From assembly GCA_964609745.1 (NCBI GenBank), contig CAZSTU010000002.1:1-27436 (forward strand): DNA of 27,436 nt, in the 5' to 3' direction. This document shows, piece after piece, positions 25,905 to 27,436 of this stretch. The position numbers were made by a program, and so were the translations under genes. The DNA comes from an uncultured Halanaerobiaceae bacterium (GTDB lineage Bacteria; Bacillota; Halanaerobiia; Halanaerobiales; DATFIM01). The notes under the pieces were generated by a model, which was not told where the DNA came from, ran no database searches, and saw nothing but the letters and a program-made list of their open reading frames with translations. Numbering within the stretch: position 1 is the stretch's first letter; each line of letters starts with the position of its first letter.

Positions 25905-27436
25905 TTATCTTCCAATTAAAATTTCAATATCATATGCTTTTAATTCTTTTTTTCTGAACACTTTTTTAGTTAATAGACTTTGATATTCCTTTTTTAAATC
26001 AATTACTTCTTTTCGCTGATTAAAATTCATTACAAAAATATAATCATTGTCGCCATCACTTCTTTTTTGGGCTGTTACTCCAGCAGGAAGTTCTATCTCC
26101 AGAACTCTATTTAAGTCTAACTGCCTAATTAAAGCACTGTAAAAATCTCTTTTAAATTGCTGTTCATTACGGGAGCTAATATAATATGCTTGACCCCGAC
26201 CATAATTATTTAAAGTTAAAGCAGGACGGCCGGCATAAAAATCGCTTTGGTATTCAGCTATCGCCTCTGCCCCCTCAAGATGGACCAGATCACAAAAAAT
26301 TCCAGACTGATAATCTCCATTTAAATCTAATTGATTACCTTTTTTAAAGACAACCCTATTTTGATCAGCATCATATAAAACATCAAGCTCTTCTGCCCAG
26401 ATACCAAATAAATCTTTTAGCGGTCCGGGAAATCCTCCTTCAAAACATAAATCTGTCTCATTAACTATTCCACTCCAGTAAGTGCTGACTAAAGCCCCTC
26501 CATTTTTGACAAAATCTTTTAATCTGGCTGAAGTCCCTTCTTTGAGCAGATAAAGCATTGGCGCAACAACTAATTTATATTTAGAAAAATCTTTTGTCTG
26601 ATCAATTATATCAACCGAAATTCCTGCTTCCCAGAAAGTCTGATAATGATTAACAGCGGTTTCAATATAATTTCTTTTTTCCTTACGGGGACCTGAAGCT
26701 TCATTAATTGCCCAGCGATTTTCTGTATCAAAAATAACTGCTACTTCTGCTTCGACTGTAGTACCTATAATTTCGTTAAGCTGTTTTAAATCTTCACCAA
26801 GATCCTTTACATCATTAAAAACCCGTGTATCTTCATGACCTACATGATCGACCACTGCACCGTGAAATTTTTCGAAACCACCCCGGCTTTTCCGCCACTG
26901 AAAATACTGAACAGAATCTGATCCGTGAGCTACTGCCTGCAGAGAAGAAAGTTTATGCATCCCCGGTCTTTTTAATTTCGCTACCGGCTGCCAGTTGGTT
27001 TTACTGGGAGTGCTCTCCATCAATAAAAACGGTTTACCAGCTTTAAGTGAACGAAAATAATCATGCATAAAAGCTACATCCGCTGCTCGCTCAGGGTCAC
27101 TTTCCTGCTCACTGTGCCAGCTGGGATAGGAGTCCCAGGAAATCACATCAACTTTTTCTGCGAATCTTGAATAGTCAAGCCCCTCATATCTGTACATAAA
27201 ATTAGTAGTTATCGGAAGCTCCGGTGTAAGCTCTTTTAAGGGCTCAATTTCATTTTCATAAAAATCAATGGTCTGCTCGGTTACAAAACGCTTCCAGTCC
27301 AGAGCCAGACCATGATTGGACTGCATTCCCTGAGGTGCAGGAGATGCAATGTTTTTCCAGTCAGAATAAGTATGGCTCCAGAAATTAGACCACCAGGCCT
27401 GATTTAAAGTTTCTAAATCACCATATTTATCTTTAA
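25905..27436 (-). CDS. GH42 beta-galactosidase (5' part outside window)
   Basis: Frame open to the window edge (KYGDLETLNQAWW..FWSHTY); DWKRF, TTNFM, SWDSYP, FLLMESTP, YFQWRKSRGGFEKFHGAV motifs. Confidence 0.95.
   Translation of the reverse strand, partial: KDKYGDLETLNQAWWSNFWSHTYSDWKNIASPAPQGMQSNHGLALDWKRFVTEQTIDFYENEIEPLKELTPELPITTNFMYRYEGLDYSRFAEKVDVISWDSYPSWHSEQESDPERAADVAFMHDYFRSLKAGKPFLLMESTPSKTNWQPVAKLKRPGMHKLSSLQAVAHGSDSVQYFQWRKSRGGFEKFHGAVVDHVGHEDTRVFNDVKDLGEDLKQLNEIIGTTVEAEVAVIFDTENRWAINEASGPRKEKRNYIETAVNHYQTFWEAGISVDIIDQTKDFSKYKLVVAPMLYLLKEGTSARLKDFVKNGGALVSTYWSGIVNETDLCFEGGFPGPLKDLFGIWAEELDVLYDADQNRVVFKKGNQLDLNGDYQSGIFCDLVHLEGAEAIAEYQSDFYAGRPALTLNNYGRGQAYYISSRNEQQFKRDFYSALIRQLDLNRVLEIELPAGVTAQKRSDGDNDYIFVMNFNQRKEVIDLKKEYQSLLTKKVFRKKELKAYDIEILIGR

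Noticed and set aside
496-27046. Plus-strand ORFs of 60-121 aa in the track, and minus-strand alternate-frame ORFs 11990-12235 and 15298-15708
   Set aside because: They overlap well-supported genes or pseudogenes, have no recognisable motifs and no clear SD; treated as shadow ORFs.

Overview
AT-rich (roughly one-third GC) bacterial window, Firmicutes-type; an SBP with no lipobox suggests a diderm lineage such as Halanaerobiales (inference). Every supportable gene is on the minus strand and belongs to one carbohydrate-utilisation locus. In transcription order: GH42 beta-galactosidase (5' end outside the window), nucleoside-hydrolase-fold protein, GH127, LplB/LplC/LplA-type ABC transporter, GH28, GH94, GH31 (YicI-like), YesL/DUF624, membrane-anchored AraC regulator, DUF3604/PHP-like metallohydrolase, a second GH31, a Cys-type sulfatase, and the start of another gene. 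Several apparent intergenic gaps are gene remnants, often cut down by internal deletions: a glycyl-radical enzyme and its activase, a second SBP, a second DUF3604 gene (1367 bp deleted between 13-bp direct repeats), GH3 and permease slivers, and an IS3-like sliver. A recent mosaic at 7551-7981 contains a near-exact 290-bp copy of the ABC-operon promoter and a 60-bp copy of GH31 coding sequence. No rRNA, tRNA, CRISPR array or intact transposase was seen. Family assignments come from motif recognition and recalled family consensus, not from database searches.
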